Virus record (IMG/VR): IMGVR_UViG_3300025012_000027
Location: 152,116-216,115 of that record
Direction: 5' to 3' (one strand)
DNA: 64,000 nt
Shown here: in pieces, positions 16,176 to 26,654 of the stretch
How the letters are laid out: every line of letters begins with the position of its first letter
Position numbering within the stretch: position 1 is the stretch's first letter
Notes under the pieces: generated by a model
What the model was told of the DNA's origin: nothing
The model's database searches: none
The model's input: only the letters and a program-made list of their open reading frames with translations
Translations under genes and position numbers: made by a program

Positions 16176-18044
16176 CTATGCGAATTTACCCATAGTGCTT
16201 GTAATGTATCGATTGAATGAATCATCGGTGTTTTTAACAATCGCACGGGTAGGTAAGATGTTAGTCGTTGTAGAATTGTTATTCGAAATGATGTTGGTTG
16301 TGGGAGGAGCAGTCCGCGCACCGTCTGGTTTTGATAGAGTCTTTTGATTCTGTTCAATGATGTTTAGATTGTGCTCGGCCTCTTTACCTACGTTCAAATA
16401 CTCGGTTTCTTTCTTGATACGTTCTAGTTGAGCTTGTTTTGCAACATTGTCGAGGAACGTGAAACTACCCAGCTTCTCGATAGCCCTAGCAGGTCCAGAC
16501 TCGAACTTCTGCATAGCACTCATCTTCGCCCAATTAGCATCGTCTTGTGATTCGTTTACTGTACCTTCACCCACGCCCATAGAACCTAGAGCGGTATCTA
16601 TCCCCGCCAGAGTCAGGCCAGCCGCTGCTGCTGGGATGGCCAACGACCTTGCTACAGCCAATCTTTTGCCGCCAACTTTTGCCACGGTCGACATAGCAGT
16701 CTTTCCACCAGACTTCAATGCTCCCCAGCCTTTCTTGAGTGCGTCACCGGCTTTTGCTAAACCATATCCGGCCGCTGCTCCCGTAGCTGCATCTGGAACA
16801 ATAGACTCTGTAGGTTCGGGCGGAATCTGCTCTTTAGCGCGTCCATCATCGCCCATCCCAAACAACGGAGATTTTGAAAATATCGTCTTGAGTAAATCTG
16901 TCGCCCCAGTAAGGACTCCTTTACGCATGGCCAGAGGTTGCATCGGCTGCGCCTCTGTACGCTTGGCTCGGCGCGATTCTACAGCTTCGCGAGAACGACG
17001 TTGCGGATCGCGCGATTCTGCTCGTTCATCTTCGATGTCGTTGGCGGCAGTTATCGCAGATATTTTTAGCAGGTGCGTTGATGCCTGTCGCTGAATGACC
17101 AGCATTTCATCCAAAACGGCTCGACTACTAGTAACTTCCCTGCGAATGCCTTCGAACACGTCCATGGCGCGCTTGCCAAACTCGCCAGTCGTTCTACTCG
17201 TTTTTTGCTTAGGTGCTTCTTTCGGCTGTTCCGTCTCAGATTTGTCGTCAAACATCTCGCCGACTGCAACTGACGGTATGTGTCTAGTAAACGATACGGG
17301 TTTTACATCATCAATGTCATCTGCCTGCAACTTCTTCGGACGACCACCTTTTCTTAAAGGACGAGCCGATACTGTGGGGTCGGCAGATGCACCACCAGTA
17401 AACGCCCGCAGTATTGATTTTAACGTTGTGCTAAGTTCGTTTAACTTAGTGTGCTGCGTTGCATTATCGTCATGCAGCAATTCCAAGGCCTTCGGATGCT
17501 GGGCATTTGATACTAACAAGTTAGTCCCGGCTACCTGAGTCACTAACAACGCATGCGATTTCTTTGAGTACTCAAGAATATTTGAACTAGCAATCGACTG
17601 ATCTTCTAAAATATGCCATTTTGATTCTGCTTGGTCATATTGCAACGAAACAGTTTCATCGATATTAGTAAGTAACGCAGTCTGTTTCTTTATAGCAGCG
17701 GTAGTTGGATCTTCATCACCTTCTTCTTCAGCAGGTGATAGAACATCTGCTAGAGAGTCTGTGATGATGCTAGTCATTTGACTAATACCGCGACTGATAA
17801 AGTTATTACCCAATGCTTCAAATGTCGCGCTCTGAATGTTGGTTCTAACGTTAGTGATGTTGCCCAGACGTGAAGCAACATTATCAAGCAGCTTTGCAAT
17901 TGCTTGATTCTGATCCTGCAACTTTCGAAGATCGTTTACTGATGCCCCCATCCGGGTTATGGCAGACGTATCAGGAGAATATCCCTCCTGAGCAGTCATT
18001 CTCGGTGAACCTGTATTCGTAGGTCCTATATTAGGAAGCGGCAT
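16176..18044 (-). CDS. tape measure / baseplate hub protein (gp29-like)
   Basis: 622 aa, helical and Ala/Gly-rich with an Asn/Thr-rich C-terminus; follows the hub assembly genes. Confidence 0.6.
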   Translation of the reverse strand: MPLPNIGPTNTGSPRMTAQEGYSPDTSAITRMGASVNDLRKLQDQNQAIAKLLDNVASRLGNITNVRTNIQSATFEALGNNFISRGISQMTSIITDSLADVLSPAEEEGDEDPTTAAIKKQTALLTNIDETVSLQYDQAESKWHILEDQSIASSNILEYSKKSHALLVTQVAGTNLLVSNAQHPKALELLHDDNATQHTKLNELSTTLKSILRAFTGGASADPTVSARPLRKGGRPKKLQADDIDDVKPVSFTRHIPSVAVGEMFDDKSETEQPKEAPKQKTSRTTGEFGKRAMDVFEGIRREVTSSRAVLDEMLVIQRQASTHLLKISAITAANDIEDERAESRDPQRRSREAVESRRAKRTEAQPMQPLAMRKGVLTGATDLLKTIFSKSPLFGMGDDGRAKEQIPPEPTESIVPDAATGAAAGYGLAKAGDALKKGWGALKSGGKTAMSTVAKVGGKRLAVARSLAIPAAAAGLTLAGIDTALGSMGVGEGTVNESQDDANWAKMSAMQKFESGPARAIEKLGSFTFLDNVAKQAQLERIKKETEYLNVGKEAEHNLNIIEQNQKTLSKPDGARTAPPTTNIISNNNSTTTNILPTRAIVKNTDDSFNRYITSTMGKFA

Positions 18045-18213
18045 GTTGTTTCTTCTTCTCTTGGTCGTCTTTTAACAAGGCAATGTAAATTTCTCTTTCA
18101 AAGGGTAACATCGATTCCAAAATATCTAGTGACATATTGTAATCTATCATCAATCTAAAATTTGTTCTGTAGTAGGTTTCTAAGTTTTCATGAAGCAGAA
18201 CTAAACCGAAAAA
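18031..18213 (-). CDS. small baseplate hub/tail assembly ORF, possibly entered by frameshift
   Basis: ENLETYYRTNFRLM...LESMLPFEREIYIALL resembles T4-like homologues; no ATG before that segment. Confidence 0.65.
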   Translation of the reverse strand, partial: FFGLVLLHENLETYYRTNFRLMIDYNMSLDILESMLPFEREIYIALLKDDQEKKKQHAAS

Positions 18214-18904
18214 AGCTCTGCAGGCCCACCAAGCGCCTGCTATGTTTTGTTCCGCACTTAGTGCATTCAAATTCTAGGTTGTGGACCAGTTCCGGGATGC
18301 CCGATATAAATTTGTCTATACCTGCTACTTGAGAGTCGTTTAGATTCAACAACCATTCTTTCAACTCTTCTCCAGTGTAATCTGATTTCAAATATACTTG
18401 CTTGGCATCATATAAGCAGTCAATAAGACCGTAGATCATGTTGATGCTAGTATCGTCGTCATCAACAGTCTTAAACGAGTCGTCGAATGTAGGTAGTCTG
18501 AATCGAATACCCACAGTATCGGTGATCTTCACGTCCTTTACGATTGCCGAAGTGTCAATAGTGATATCATCTAACATCAAGCGACTATTGATAACTTCAT
18601 CGCAGTTATCACACTTCAATGCGAAGTCTACTTCGGGACCAACAGACGCGATTCTAAGTTGGAGGAAGAAGTACGACACATCTGCGGTAGATAGTTTATC
18701 AAACTCAACTGATCCGTTGCTACATGTATTGATAACCGATTTGATCGTGTCATATACAATATCCAAGTCATCGCTCTGTTGAGCTAGCAGCAATGCCTTT
18801 TGCTCTTTGACCACGAATGGTCTATACTTTATTTTCGTTCCGCTAACGGGTAGCGTGCATGACAGCGTAGGGCCGGTCACATTAGGAAGAGGTGGTTTAC
18901 TCAC
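18188..18904 (-). CDS. baseplate hub assembly protein (gp26/gp51-like)
   Basis: YRPFVVKEQKALLLA, two CxxC motifs, GLQSFF C-terminus. Confidence 0.85.
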   Translation of the reverse strand: MSKPPLPNVTGPTLSCTLPVSGTKIKYRPFVVKEQKALLLAQQSDDLDIVYDTIKSVINTCSNGSVEFDKLSTADVSYFFLQLRIASVGPEVDFALKCDNCDEVINSRLMLDDITIDTSAIVKDVKITDTVGIRFRLPTFDDSFKTVDDDDTSINMIYGLIDCLYDAKQVYLKSDYTGEELKEWLLNLNDSQVAGIDKFISGIPELVHNLEFECTKCGTKHSRRLVGLQSFFRFSSAS

Positions 18905-19361
18905 GATCAGACTCCATGTTCAATTGTCTCATAGCATCCTGCAATTCAGCAGTAGTACCCACAAATACGGTGTTATTCGTAACTGTGCCATTATTTACGG
19001 CAGCTGATTTGCTTGGAGCTGCTGCATCGGCTCGTTTAATCTTGTTCACCTTGTCCTGGATGTCGATGAGCTTTACAGCAATATCAGACAAGTTACCCAA
19101 CATGCTATTCAGCACCTCAAACGATCTAGGTGATTCCTCAGCGACTGCAATGCGCTTGAGATCATCAAATGCCTCAGTACCAACCTTCAATAAATTGTAC
19201 AGTGTAGACCGTACGGATTCCGCATCAGACTCTAACGAACTATTGTTCGGCACATTGGTAATTGTCGCTAAAGATGTCCCGGTTTTGTCTATAACATCGA
19301 CGACATCGGGCGCATTAAACGTATCGCTCAACGAATCAAACACTTTGGAAGTTCTGCTCAT
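18897..19361 (-). CDS. gp16: terminase small subunit
   Basis: SPRSFEV and NNTVFVGTTAELQ motifs. Confidence 0.85.
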   Translation of the reverse strand: MSRTSKVFDSLSDTFNAPDVVDVIDKTGTSLATITNVPNNSSLESDAESVRSTLYNLLKVGTEAFDDLKRIAVAEESPRSFEVLNSMLGNLSDIAVKLIDIQDKVNKIKRADAAAPSKSAAVNNGTVTNNTVFVGTTAELQDAMRQLNMESDRE

Positions 19362-19365
19362 AATG

Positions 19366-20025
19366 TCATCCTCTTAGTATAGATTGGGCCAAAGACGTAT
19401 AGTTGTCAGCTAACGTTTTAGATCGTTGCATTGTTGAGTCTATATATGCTAACGATCGGTTGATGGTGTCGTCATACGACAATGGTTCCATTGGCGATTC
19501 TAGCTTCATGGTTTCCCATGACTCATATGCCCAGCTAACCGAGAAAGCTAGGGGGCCTGCTGCATCCGAAGACATAGACACTTCGGATACTGCCTTGGGA
19601 TATACGTTGGATAGAGAAACTATGTAACTGTCATTCTTCTGAGTATCTAACTGCATCAGTTGCATCATTGGCGCGGTATAGTCTGCTGGATATTTGAACA
19701 GACCACCTTTGTTTGATACAATAGAGTGTGACCAGTTATCGAAAAAATGCTTGATAGTCATTGCCTGATCGCTGAACATAGTCATAGACACTGTACCATA
19801 TGTTTTATCAACAACCACTTCTCTAGTTAGCCCGTTATCTTTGACAGGCACTGTTAGTAATGCAAACTCGGGTAGGTTGACCCCGACCATATAGAATGGG
19901 ATTGAGGCCATAACTTCCATGTCAACATCGAATGCCGGTGGTGGGTAAACGTGACAATAGTAGTATTGTTTTGCAATACCTTTGTCTTTTATCGCCGAAA
20001 CGAATGATGCAAACTTAGCCGACAT
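19366..20025 (-). CDS. baseplate/tail tube initiator (gp54-like)
   Basis: Tube-fold features (FFDNW, YPK, WAYESW). Confidence 0.7.
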   Translation of the reverse strand: MSAKFASFVSAIKDKGIAKQYYYCHVYPPPAFDVDMEVMASIPFYMVGVNLPEFALLTVPVKDNGLTREVVVDKTYGTVSMTMFSDQAMTIKHFFDNWSHSIVSNKGGLFKYPADYTAPMMQLMQLDTQKNDSYIVSLSNVYPKAVSEVSMSSDAAGPLAFSVSWAYESWETMKLESPMEPLSYDDTINRSLAYIDSTMQRSKTLADNYTSLAQSILRG

Positions 20026-20624
20026 TATAAGTACCTCAACGAATCTCTCCAGACCAAATTCTTGTCTATGTAGATCATAGAAGGTCCTGTGTTAAACTTC
20101 TCTACCGGTAGCATGACAGCATTGAACCATTGGTCTGCCGGGACTTGTAAGAATTGTGATTGGACATGATCCTTCCGATACTTCTTGACTGCTGAGCTGA
20201 CCCCAGCAAATCTACTGACCCCTCGAATATAGTTCCACTGAACCCTAATGCGAGTGGCTTCGTCCAACTTAGAACTGGTGGAAAAGTCTAATAAATTTTT
20301 CAGCAACACATATCTAACCTTCACTGGTAGGTAATGAAAGTTTATGCCAGTGAAGGTAGTAGCATCTTCTGAAAATGGTAGAATAAGCGGGAAAATGTCG
20401 TAGTATGGTAGCGTATCTACCCCGATAGGCTGATAGAAGAACATATACATATATCCGGGGATAATGTAGTCTTTCCGTCTCTGAGTATTCGACATCAACG
20501 ATGTCGTCGATACCTGATTCTGCAGATACTTGAGCTGGTCGGCAAACCAAGTCTGACTCCGTCGAGCATCTTGCTTGGTGTATTGCCGCTTCTTCGATAA
20601 CTGATCTAGATTTATTCTTCCCAT
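20025..20624 (-). CDS. gp2: DNA end protector protein
   Basis: LPYYDIFPL and GINFHYLP motifs. Confidence 0.88.
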   Translation of the reverse strand: MGRINLDQLSKKRQYTKQDARRSQTWFADQLKYLQNQVSTTSLMSNTQRRKDYIIPGYMYMFFYQPIGVDTLPYYDIFPLILPFSEDATTFTGINFHYLPVKVRYVLLKNLLDFSTSSKLDEATRIRVQWNYIRGVSRFAGVSSAVKKYRKDHVQSQFLQVPADQWFNAVMLPVEKFNTGPSMIYIDKNLVWRDSLRYL

Positions 20625-20643
20625 CTAGTATTTAAGGAAGAGT

Positions 20644-23115
20644 TTAACCGAAGTCTAACAAAACCTTTTCTTCAGATTCCCATCCAACCGCATCGAGAAT
20701 CGTTTGAAGGGGATTTAAAAATGCTTTATCAAACTGAGTATTGTAATCAATATATTGTTCGAGTCCGAATTCCTGTGGGAGTTTTGTCGTGTATCCAATG
20801 ACATTCTCGTATATTGGGTTTGGAACTTTCAATGCAACAAACTTGATCTTCTCACCTTCGCCGATGGGTTGATACTTATCGGTTAGGTTTAGTTTTGACA
20901 GTTGATAATTGTGCAACAGCGCAGCCCTTACGTGAATTGGACACCCCTTCTTATAGATGCTTGCTGGGTCTGAGTAAGTTGCCAGTCCATTACATCCTCG
21001 AGGGAATGAAATTGCAGTATACGGTTGTTTCATAAACTCCGTCTTAACGTTTGAAACAAATTTTTGCAACTCACTTTCGGTCGACGTAAGACACAGCTTA
21101 ACAGATCCCTTCAAGTAATCTTTCACAACTGACGGGGTCGACGATCTAACAATCTCAATACCCATAACTTTCATCTTCGGAGTATCATAATGAACCCCTT
21201 CGGAATACAGAATGTTGAATGCGTATCGTTTCTTGGCTACTTGAATGTACCCGTTACCAATACACTCCAACTTAAAGTAGATTCGACATTCATCAACGCC
21301 CATCGTTTTCGCCAGTGCTGAAAGTTTTTTGTTCAAGGTGGGTTGAACAACGTCGAAGATAATCTTTTCAATGAAGTCTACAATCTCTCGATCAGTCTTA
21401 CCTTTACAGTGTTTTTTAACAAATAAGTCAACGCTTATATAGCACGAATCGGTGTCTAAATAAAAGGCATAGTCATCTTCTTTGCCGATCAGCTTGCTAA
21501 AAATCTCGTTCACATACTCGCGAGTTTTGCGAATAAAAACTTGTCCGTTGCTCGTAATGGCTTCGGCCATTCTATAGTCATAGTATTTGAAATGGGGTAA
21601 AGCAAGGATACCATAAAATGAGTTGGCGGCGATTTTGAATGCGTTCTGTGATACATCCAATGCTCTATATTCTTGCTCAGGAGCATTTGCTATCTTCAAC
21701 TCAAGCATTCGATCTTTAGTCTTCTTACGAAGATCGAACATTCGTTTAACCAACGTTGGAATGAATCCCCATGTTTCTTTACTAGTGATCAACCCATTTG
21801 CCGATAAAATAGTCCCCTCTGAGACATTACCTATATGCTTGCCCGCCAGCATGCTGTCGATGGACATCATCTCATCCATACCCAAAATACATTCAGGCGA
21901 CGTATTAGTCTGCATCATAATACTCGGATACAAGCTCGTAGCATCGATACTGACTACCCAGCCACGTTTCCCAGGGGTTGGTGTATGTACATATGCTCCA
22001 ATGATTTTCGTACGCTCATTGGAATGTTTCTTCAAGTCTTCAACTAGGCTTTCATCTAAGAAATATGAGTAGATAATGCTTTCCCATATCCTCATGGAAG
22101 ACAGAACATCACCGTAATTCACTTTTGCGATGTATGCTATTTGCATAGCCAATCTAACCTGCAACATTTTTGTTTCTAGTTTATGCAACAACTCAACGTC
22201 AACAATGTTATATCGCACGAACATAGACCAATGCTGTTCATAGTTCTCTCTGAATGTTTCACCCGGCATTTCTAATTTGCGGTCACCCAATTCATATTCC
22301 GCAATGAAGTCTAATTTGAACGATTCTTTCTGGCCAGGATTAAACTTCTTATACAAGTCTAGATAGTCTAGATGCGAGATCCCCATGATATCATAGGTCG
22401 TATACGAATATTGCTCGGTAGTAACAGTTCTTGGCTTAACGATGCCCCATGGCGATAGCATATTAGTTAGTGCGGGCGACAACACTTGTTTCATTCGATT
22501 GACCAGGTATGGAATGTCAAATACTTCAGAGTTCCATCCACTGATTACGTCAATGCGTTTACTTTTCCAAAACAACAAGAAATCTTTAAGCATAGATTTC
22601 TCATCAGAAAATACTCTGAGGTCTACATCATACCCATCCAATTCGCCAGCATCAACCCCTTTGGTCGCCCAAGTATAATATTTCCGTTCATGATGATTCA
22701 TCATCGTAATAAGAAGGATATCTTGAAGAGCGGTTTCTGGTTTGGGGAACGCCCCATCCGTCTTCGTTTCAATATCGAAAAACCAGATTTGAGTCGTCAG
22801 ATACTGCCAGTCGATATCACCTCGATATGAATTAGCAATGTATTGACGGACTACGTTTTCACACCCAAACAGATTGAAGTTGCCGACGTCTTCATATTGA
22901 CTAATGTACCCCTTAAACTCGTCAATTGAATCGAAGTCAACTTTTTTTACAAACTGTTTTGTTGAAAAACTCTTCCACTTCGTTTCTGTTTCACTAGGCA
23001 CAAAAAGATGGGGTCTATATGGAATCTTCTTTGAAACTGCAATGCCATTTTCGTATCCTCGATACAGGATATTGTTACCACGAACTTCGACATTAGTATA
23101 GAATTTGTTGCTCAT
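20644..23115 (-). CDS. gp43: family B DNA polymerase
   Basis: FDIET exonuclease motif, DATSLYPS, KIAANSFYG, YLDTDS. Confidence 0.97.
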   Translation of the reverse strand: MSNKFYTNVEVRGNNILYRGYENGIAVSKKIPYRPHLFVPSETETKWKSFSTKQFVKKVDFDSIDEFKGYISQYEDVGNFNLFGCENVVRQYIANSYRGDIDWQYLTTQIWFFDIETKTDGAFPKPETALQDILLITMMNHHERKYYTWATKGVDAGELDGYDVDLRVFSDEKSMLKDFLLFWKSKRIDVISGWNSEVFDIPYLVNRMKQVLSPALTNMLSPWGIVKPRTVTTEQYSYTTYDIMGISHLDYLDLYKKFNPGQKESFKLDFIAEYELGDRKLEMPGETFRENYEQHWSMFVRYNIVDVELLHKLETKMLQVRLAMQIAYIAKVNYGDVLSSMRIWESIIYSYFLDESLVEDLKKHSNERTKIIGAYVHTPTPGKRGWVVSIDATSLYPSIMMQTNTSPECILGMDEMMSIDSMLAGKHIGNVSEGTILSANGLITSKETWGFIPTLVKRMFDLRKKTKDRMLELKIANAPEQEYRALDVSQNAFKIAANSFYGILALPHFKYYDYRMAEAITSNGQVFIRKTREYVNEIFSKLIGKEDDYAFYLDTDSCYISVDLFVKKHCKGKTDREIVDFIEKIIFDVVQPTLNKKLSALAKTMGVDECRIYFKLECIGNGYIQVAKKRYAFNILYSEGVHYDTPKMKVMGIEIVRSSTPSVVKDYLKGSVKLCLTSTESELQKFVSNVKTEFMKQPYTAISFPRGCNGLATYSDPASIYKKGCPIHVRAALLHNYQLSKLNLTDKYQPIGEGEKIKFVALKVPNPIYENVIGYTTKLPQEFGLEQYIDYNTQFDKAFLNPLQTILDAVGWESEEKVLLDFG

Positions 23116-23522
23116 TTATAGAAATAGTGATTTTGTATCCGTAATGTCAAGATACTTTTTGGTGTAGGTCGGAGACCAAGACTGTTGAAGTAGATAGCCC
23201 CGTTCGTAGGGTCTGTGTGTGCCCCTTGTATTATAGCACGAGCCAGTTGCTTTGTCAATGCATATGTGGTTGCATTGTTGACTGATGGCATCCAGTCTGT
23301 CCACGAAAACTGCTTCGCTTGATATACCACTTCACATATTGAGGATGGATACCTACCAGATGTTACTCGGTTTAAAACAACCCAACCAACCGCGATACGG
23401 CCGGCTAATGGTTCACCTCTTGCTTCATGATAGATTGCCTGTGACAAACATTCGAGTTCTTCATTCGCCGAAGCATTGAAAGATAGAATCCCAGCAAGAA
23501 GTATGGTAATGAATTTCTTCAT
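23112..23522 (-). CDS. cell wall hydrolase (SleB/Hydrolase_2)
   Basis: CLSQAIYHEARGE...VVLNRV...QFSW. Confidence 0.9.
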   Translation of the reverse strand: MKKFITILLAGILSFNASANEELECLSQAIYHEARGEPLAGRIAVGWVVLNRVTSGRYPSSICEVVYQAKQFSWTDWMPSVNNATTYALTKQLARAIIQGAHTDPTNGAIYFNSLGLRPTPKSILTLRIQNHYFYK

Positions 23523-23570
23523 ATGATACTCCTATATCGGGGGAGTGATCCCCCGGTTGAAACTAACGGA

Positions 23571-23987
23571 TTAGTTTAGCGCAATAAGACGAGGCTTATT
23601 TTCTTCAGGAACGATGCGTTCCAGTTCGATGGTTAGCATACCATCTTCAAACTTAGCAGATCCAACTTCTACGTCATCTTGAAGGATGAACTCTCGGTTG
23701 AATGCTCTGTTGCTAATCCCTTGGTATAGATATTGGACATCCGATACATACGCCTTGCCGCCTTTAATCACTAGTCGCTCTTGGTCAACCGTAATCTCAA
23801 TATCAGATTTAGTGAAACCAGCAATGGCAAGCACAATTTGAAATCGTGTATCGGATAGCTTAATGATGTTATGCGGCGGAAACTTATCTACGGGGGTAGA
23901 CAGTCTCTTTGCAAACTGATCTAACAATGGATCAAACCCAACAAAAAATTGACGGGTCAACGATGGATCTAACAACAAGTTTTTCAT
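23571..23987 (-). CDS. small heat-shock protein Hsp20
   Basis: FPPHNI, LAIAGF, DGMLTI; start at MKNLL after AAGGAG. Confidence 0.92.
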   Translation of the reverse strand: MKNLLLDPSLTRQFFVGFDPLLDQFAKRLSTPVDKFPPHNIIKLSDTRFQIVLAIAGFTKSDIEITVDQERLVIKGGKAYVSDVQYLYQGISNRAFNREFILQDDVEVGSAKFEDGMLTIELERIVPEENKPRLIALN

Positions 23988-24069
23988 ATTACTCCTTAAA
24001 AGCAAGTATTGTCGATGATTGAGGCTATCGACTAACCATGCGCCCAAAAAGGCACGCATTCTGACGTAT

Positions 24070-24900
24070 TTATAATTTCTTAGGCCTAGGCAAATGCTGC
24101 GAGTGAAATGCCTTCCACACATATACTGGATTGGTTAAGTGATCTAACACTAATGTCGGTCTGGGATGCAATTCAAATTCGTGCCCCCGGCCCAACAAAA
24201 CTTCACGTTCGTTACCGGCCCCTGTATGCCCCAACATAGAAGCGGCATTATATACATGCTCGTCAAAATTAAGTTCTATCACATGCCTAGCGTTAGGAAG
24301 GATTATGCCTTGATGATCGGATTCATAGTGTTTGGACGTGCTATCAACCGCCGTGAATAAAGACGCCGCATCAAAATTGGTTGATGTAGATGTAAACGCC
24401 GGAAGTTGTAGTAGTTTCTTAGCCCGCGTTGAATTCCATTCCATCCCAGCAGTTGTAGCAGGCGAAACTTGGACCCCTGTATACAATTTTGTAGCCCCCA
24501 CATATGTCTTTGGTAATAGTATACTGTCTAAATGATCTACATGACTTTTAATATGAGCCGGGACAGGGGATTCGTGCAAATGATGATGCCATAGAAAATG
24601 ATTTATGTCTTGAGATCCAGACCCGCCATAGTGATCAATCGAATGTTTCACTCGAGATGATTGCGGTACTATTTTCAAAGCAGCATGAATTCGCGCCTCT
24701 TCAGATTCGTCTTCCAGGAAATCGTTCGTTGACCCAGAATACACTTCTGTCATAAGAGATTTGTCGAGACCGCATAATAGATACAGCGGGCGGATGTCAA
24801 GATCTCGACGAAACCCTGCCAGCATGGGCATGGGTATATCAGGATTTGTTACGCTGTTTACGGCTTCGAGGAGCTTAGGATGAATATCAAACGCGTCCAT
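24070..24900 (-). CDS. ADP-ribosyltransferase-like protein (VIP2/Alt/Mod fold)
   Basis: INHFLW, LYTG, FTSTS and EREVLL motifs. Confidence 0.7.
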   Translation of the reverse strand: MDAFDIHPKLLEAVNSVTNPDIPMPMLAGFRRDLDIRPLYLLCGLDKSLMTEVYSGSTNDFLEDESEEARIHAALKIVPQSSRVKHSIDHYGGSGSQDINHFLWHHHLHESPVPAHIKSHVDHLDSILLPKTYVGATKLYTGVQVSPATTAGMEWNSTRAKKLLQLPAFTSTSTNFDAASLFTAVDSTSKHYESDHQGIILPNARHVIELNFDEHVYNAASMLGHTGAGNEREVLLGRGHEFELHPRPTLVLDHLTNPVYVWKAFHSQHLPRPKKL

Positions 24901-25316
24901 TAAAATTTTCGACCAACGTGATACTTCTCAACCAACGTCCAGTCTGGTTTCTCCTGATATGGAACTATCTTGATAGTGCTCATACTGCTCTGGTTCGCAA
25001 TCGTTTCAGGAACAACTACTGTACATAGTTTCCAGTCTGATAGAAGCGCAATGATGCGATTTCGTCTAGACACATCATCCAATGTAATATCTGATTGTTT
25101 CTGATCTAGTAAGAATAGCTCTTTAAAATGAACAATATAATATTTGTTCTTCTTATGTAGAATATGAGCCGTTTGATATAGCATCTTGGTCTTCTTACTA
25201 GCAATGCCAATACGAGTTAGAGTTTCCTTAATCTTCAAGAAGTCGTCGGGTGATCCCAACTGGATCTCGATCATCTTATCTTGAGACCAATCATATAGGA
25301 TATCATCGTTAATCAT
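24900..25316 (-). CDS. regA: translational repressor RegA
   Basis: DFLKIKETLTRIGIAS...HILHK...YIVHFKELF. Confidence 0.95.
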   Translation of the reverse strand: MINDDILYDWSQDKMIEIQLGSPDDFLKIKETLTRIGIASKKTKMLYQTAHILHKKNKYYIVHFKELFLLDQKQSDITLDDVSRRNRIIALLSDWKLCTVVVPETIANQSSMSTIKIVPYQEKPDWTLVEKYHVGRKF

Positions 25317-25705
25317 TGTTGTCCACCTTTATCAAGGATACGCCTTAGTTCTAATAGTTGCTTATCGGTGAAAAGAGGCAATACAGACATCGCTTTTGCG
25401 TCACTGTATCCATAGGCAGTTTTGATTAGTTCAATTTCGTCTGGTAACGAATCCTTCTTAACCCACTTACCGTATCTTTTCTTACGATCAATACTATTTA
25501 GTAGGTATTTGTATTGGGCTTCCTTTGACAGTTCGGGATACTTTGAGAGTGCGTGAACAATGTAGACGCAATCTACATTGAATGACAATGCCTTGTTTAT
25601 CACAAAAGCATTATATTCTTTTTCATTACCCTCTAGGATATCTTCTTTTGTTTCGCTGATCGACCGAACAAAGTCAAACGGCGATTTCTTCTTTACTGCT
25701 TCCAT
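25313..25705 (-). CDS. gp62: clamp loader small subunit
   Basis: PFDF, YNAFVINKALS, YGYS; synteny. Confidence 0.9.
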   Translation of the reverse strand: MEAVKKKSPFDFVRSISETKEDILEGNEKEYNAFVINKALSFNVDCVYIVHALSKYPELSKEAQYKYLLNSIDRKKRYGKWVKKDSLPDEIELIKTAYGYSDAKAMSVLPLFTDKQLLELRRILDKGGQQ

Positions 25706-26637
25706 TCCGCCACACTCATGATTTCAATCATGGCAGCAATGTTGTTGATTTCTTGATCAACTACGATCGCGGCAGACTTTTGATACTCTGAGAGTATCAA
25801 AATCACATCAGGAATGCTCTTGCCTTCGAATAGCACAGATACATTATCGAAGAAGTATCTGAACAGAGTAGCAGAATCCATATCGGTATTCTTGGCAATC
25901 CATTTCCTGACGTCACCGAACTTCTTTGCCTTCAACGACAGAGTTAGTTCATCATAGCTTGTAGCATCTGCAATCAACACACCCGAGTCAATACTACCAT
26001 GCACAGAATACTTCTGCAATGCATTGATCGTTCGTCGAAAGTCTGGGAAATATTTCTTTACAAGCACAACCAAAGAGTTTGGGTCGAACTCGATCTGCTC
26101 GGCTTTTAGAATGCTAGCAGATCGCTTCAACATCTGTGCCATCAAAGATTTCTTCTCAGTATCAGTGATCTTGAAGTCAATAGATGTGCATCGAGATTGA
26201 AGCGGATCAATCACTCGATTCTTGTTATTGCATGTCAAGATGAACCTAGTATTCTTACTAAATTCCTCCATAATTGCCTTCAAAGCATCCTGGCCAGCGG
26301 CCGAAATGCGGTCACATTCATCGAGTAGAACCACTTTCAAGTTCCCATCGAACGATGCCGTTGATGCAAATTGAACAACTTTATTCCGGATAGTGTCAAC
26401 GCCTGACTCATTACTGGCGTTAATGAATAGCAAGTCTGCTCCCAACTCTTCAACAATAGCTTTGCTAACAGACGTCTTTCCCACGCCTGCGCTGCCGCTG
26501 AACAAGAAGTGTGGGATCTGACCACTCTCAACAAACTTGGCTATCTCATTTTTAATAGCTGTGGGTAAAATGCAATCGTCCACGGTTGATGGACGATATC
26601 GTTCGCACCACAGAAAGTCATCACTTGGTTTTGTCAT
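25693..26637 (-). CDS. gp44: clamp loader large subunit
   Basis: ERYRP, GSAGVGKT, LDECD, SRC. Confidence 0.95.
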   Translation of the reverse strand: MTKPSDDFLWCERYRPSTVDDCILPTAIKNEIAKFVESGQIPHFLFSGSAGVGKTSVSKAIVEELGADLLFINASNESGVDTIRNKVVQFASTASFDGNLKVVLLDECDRISAAGQDALKAIMEEFSKNTRFILTCNNKNRVIDPLQSRCTSIDFKITDTEKKSLMAQMLKRSASILKAEQIEFDPNSLVVLVKKYFPDFRRTINALQKYSVHGSIDSGVLIADATSYDELTLSLKAKKFGDVRKWIAKNTDMDSATLFRYFFDNVSVLFEGKSIPDVILILSEYQKSAAIVVDQEINNIAAMIEIMSVAEWKQ

Positions 26638-26654
26638 TATATAGCTTTCAATGA

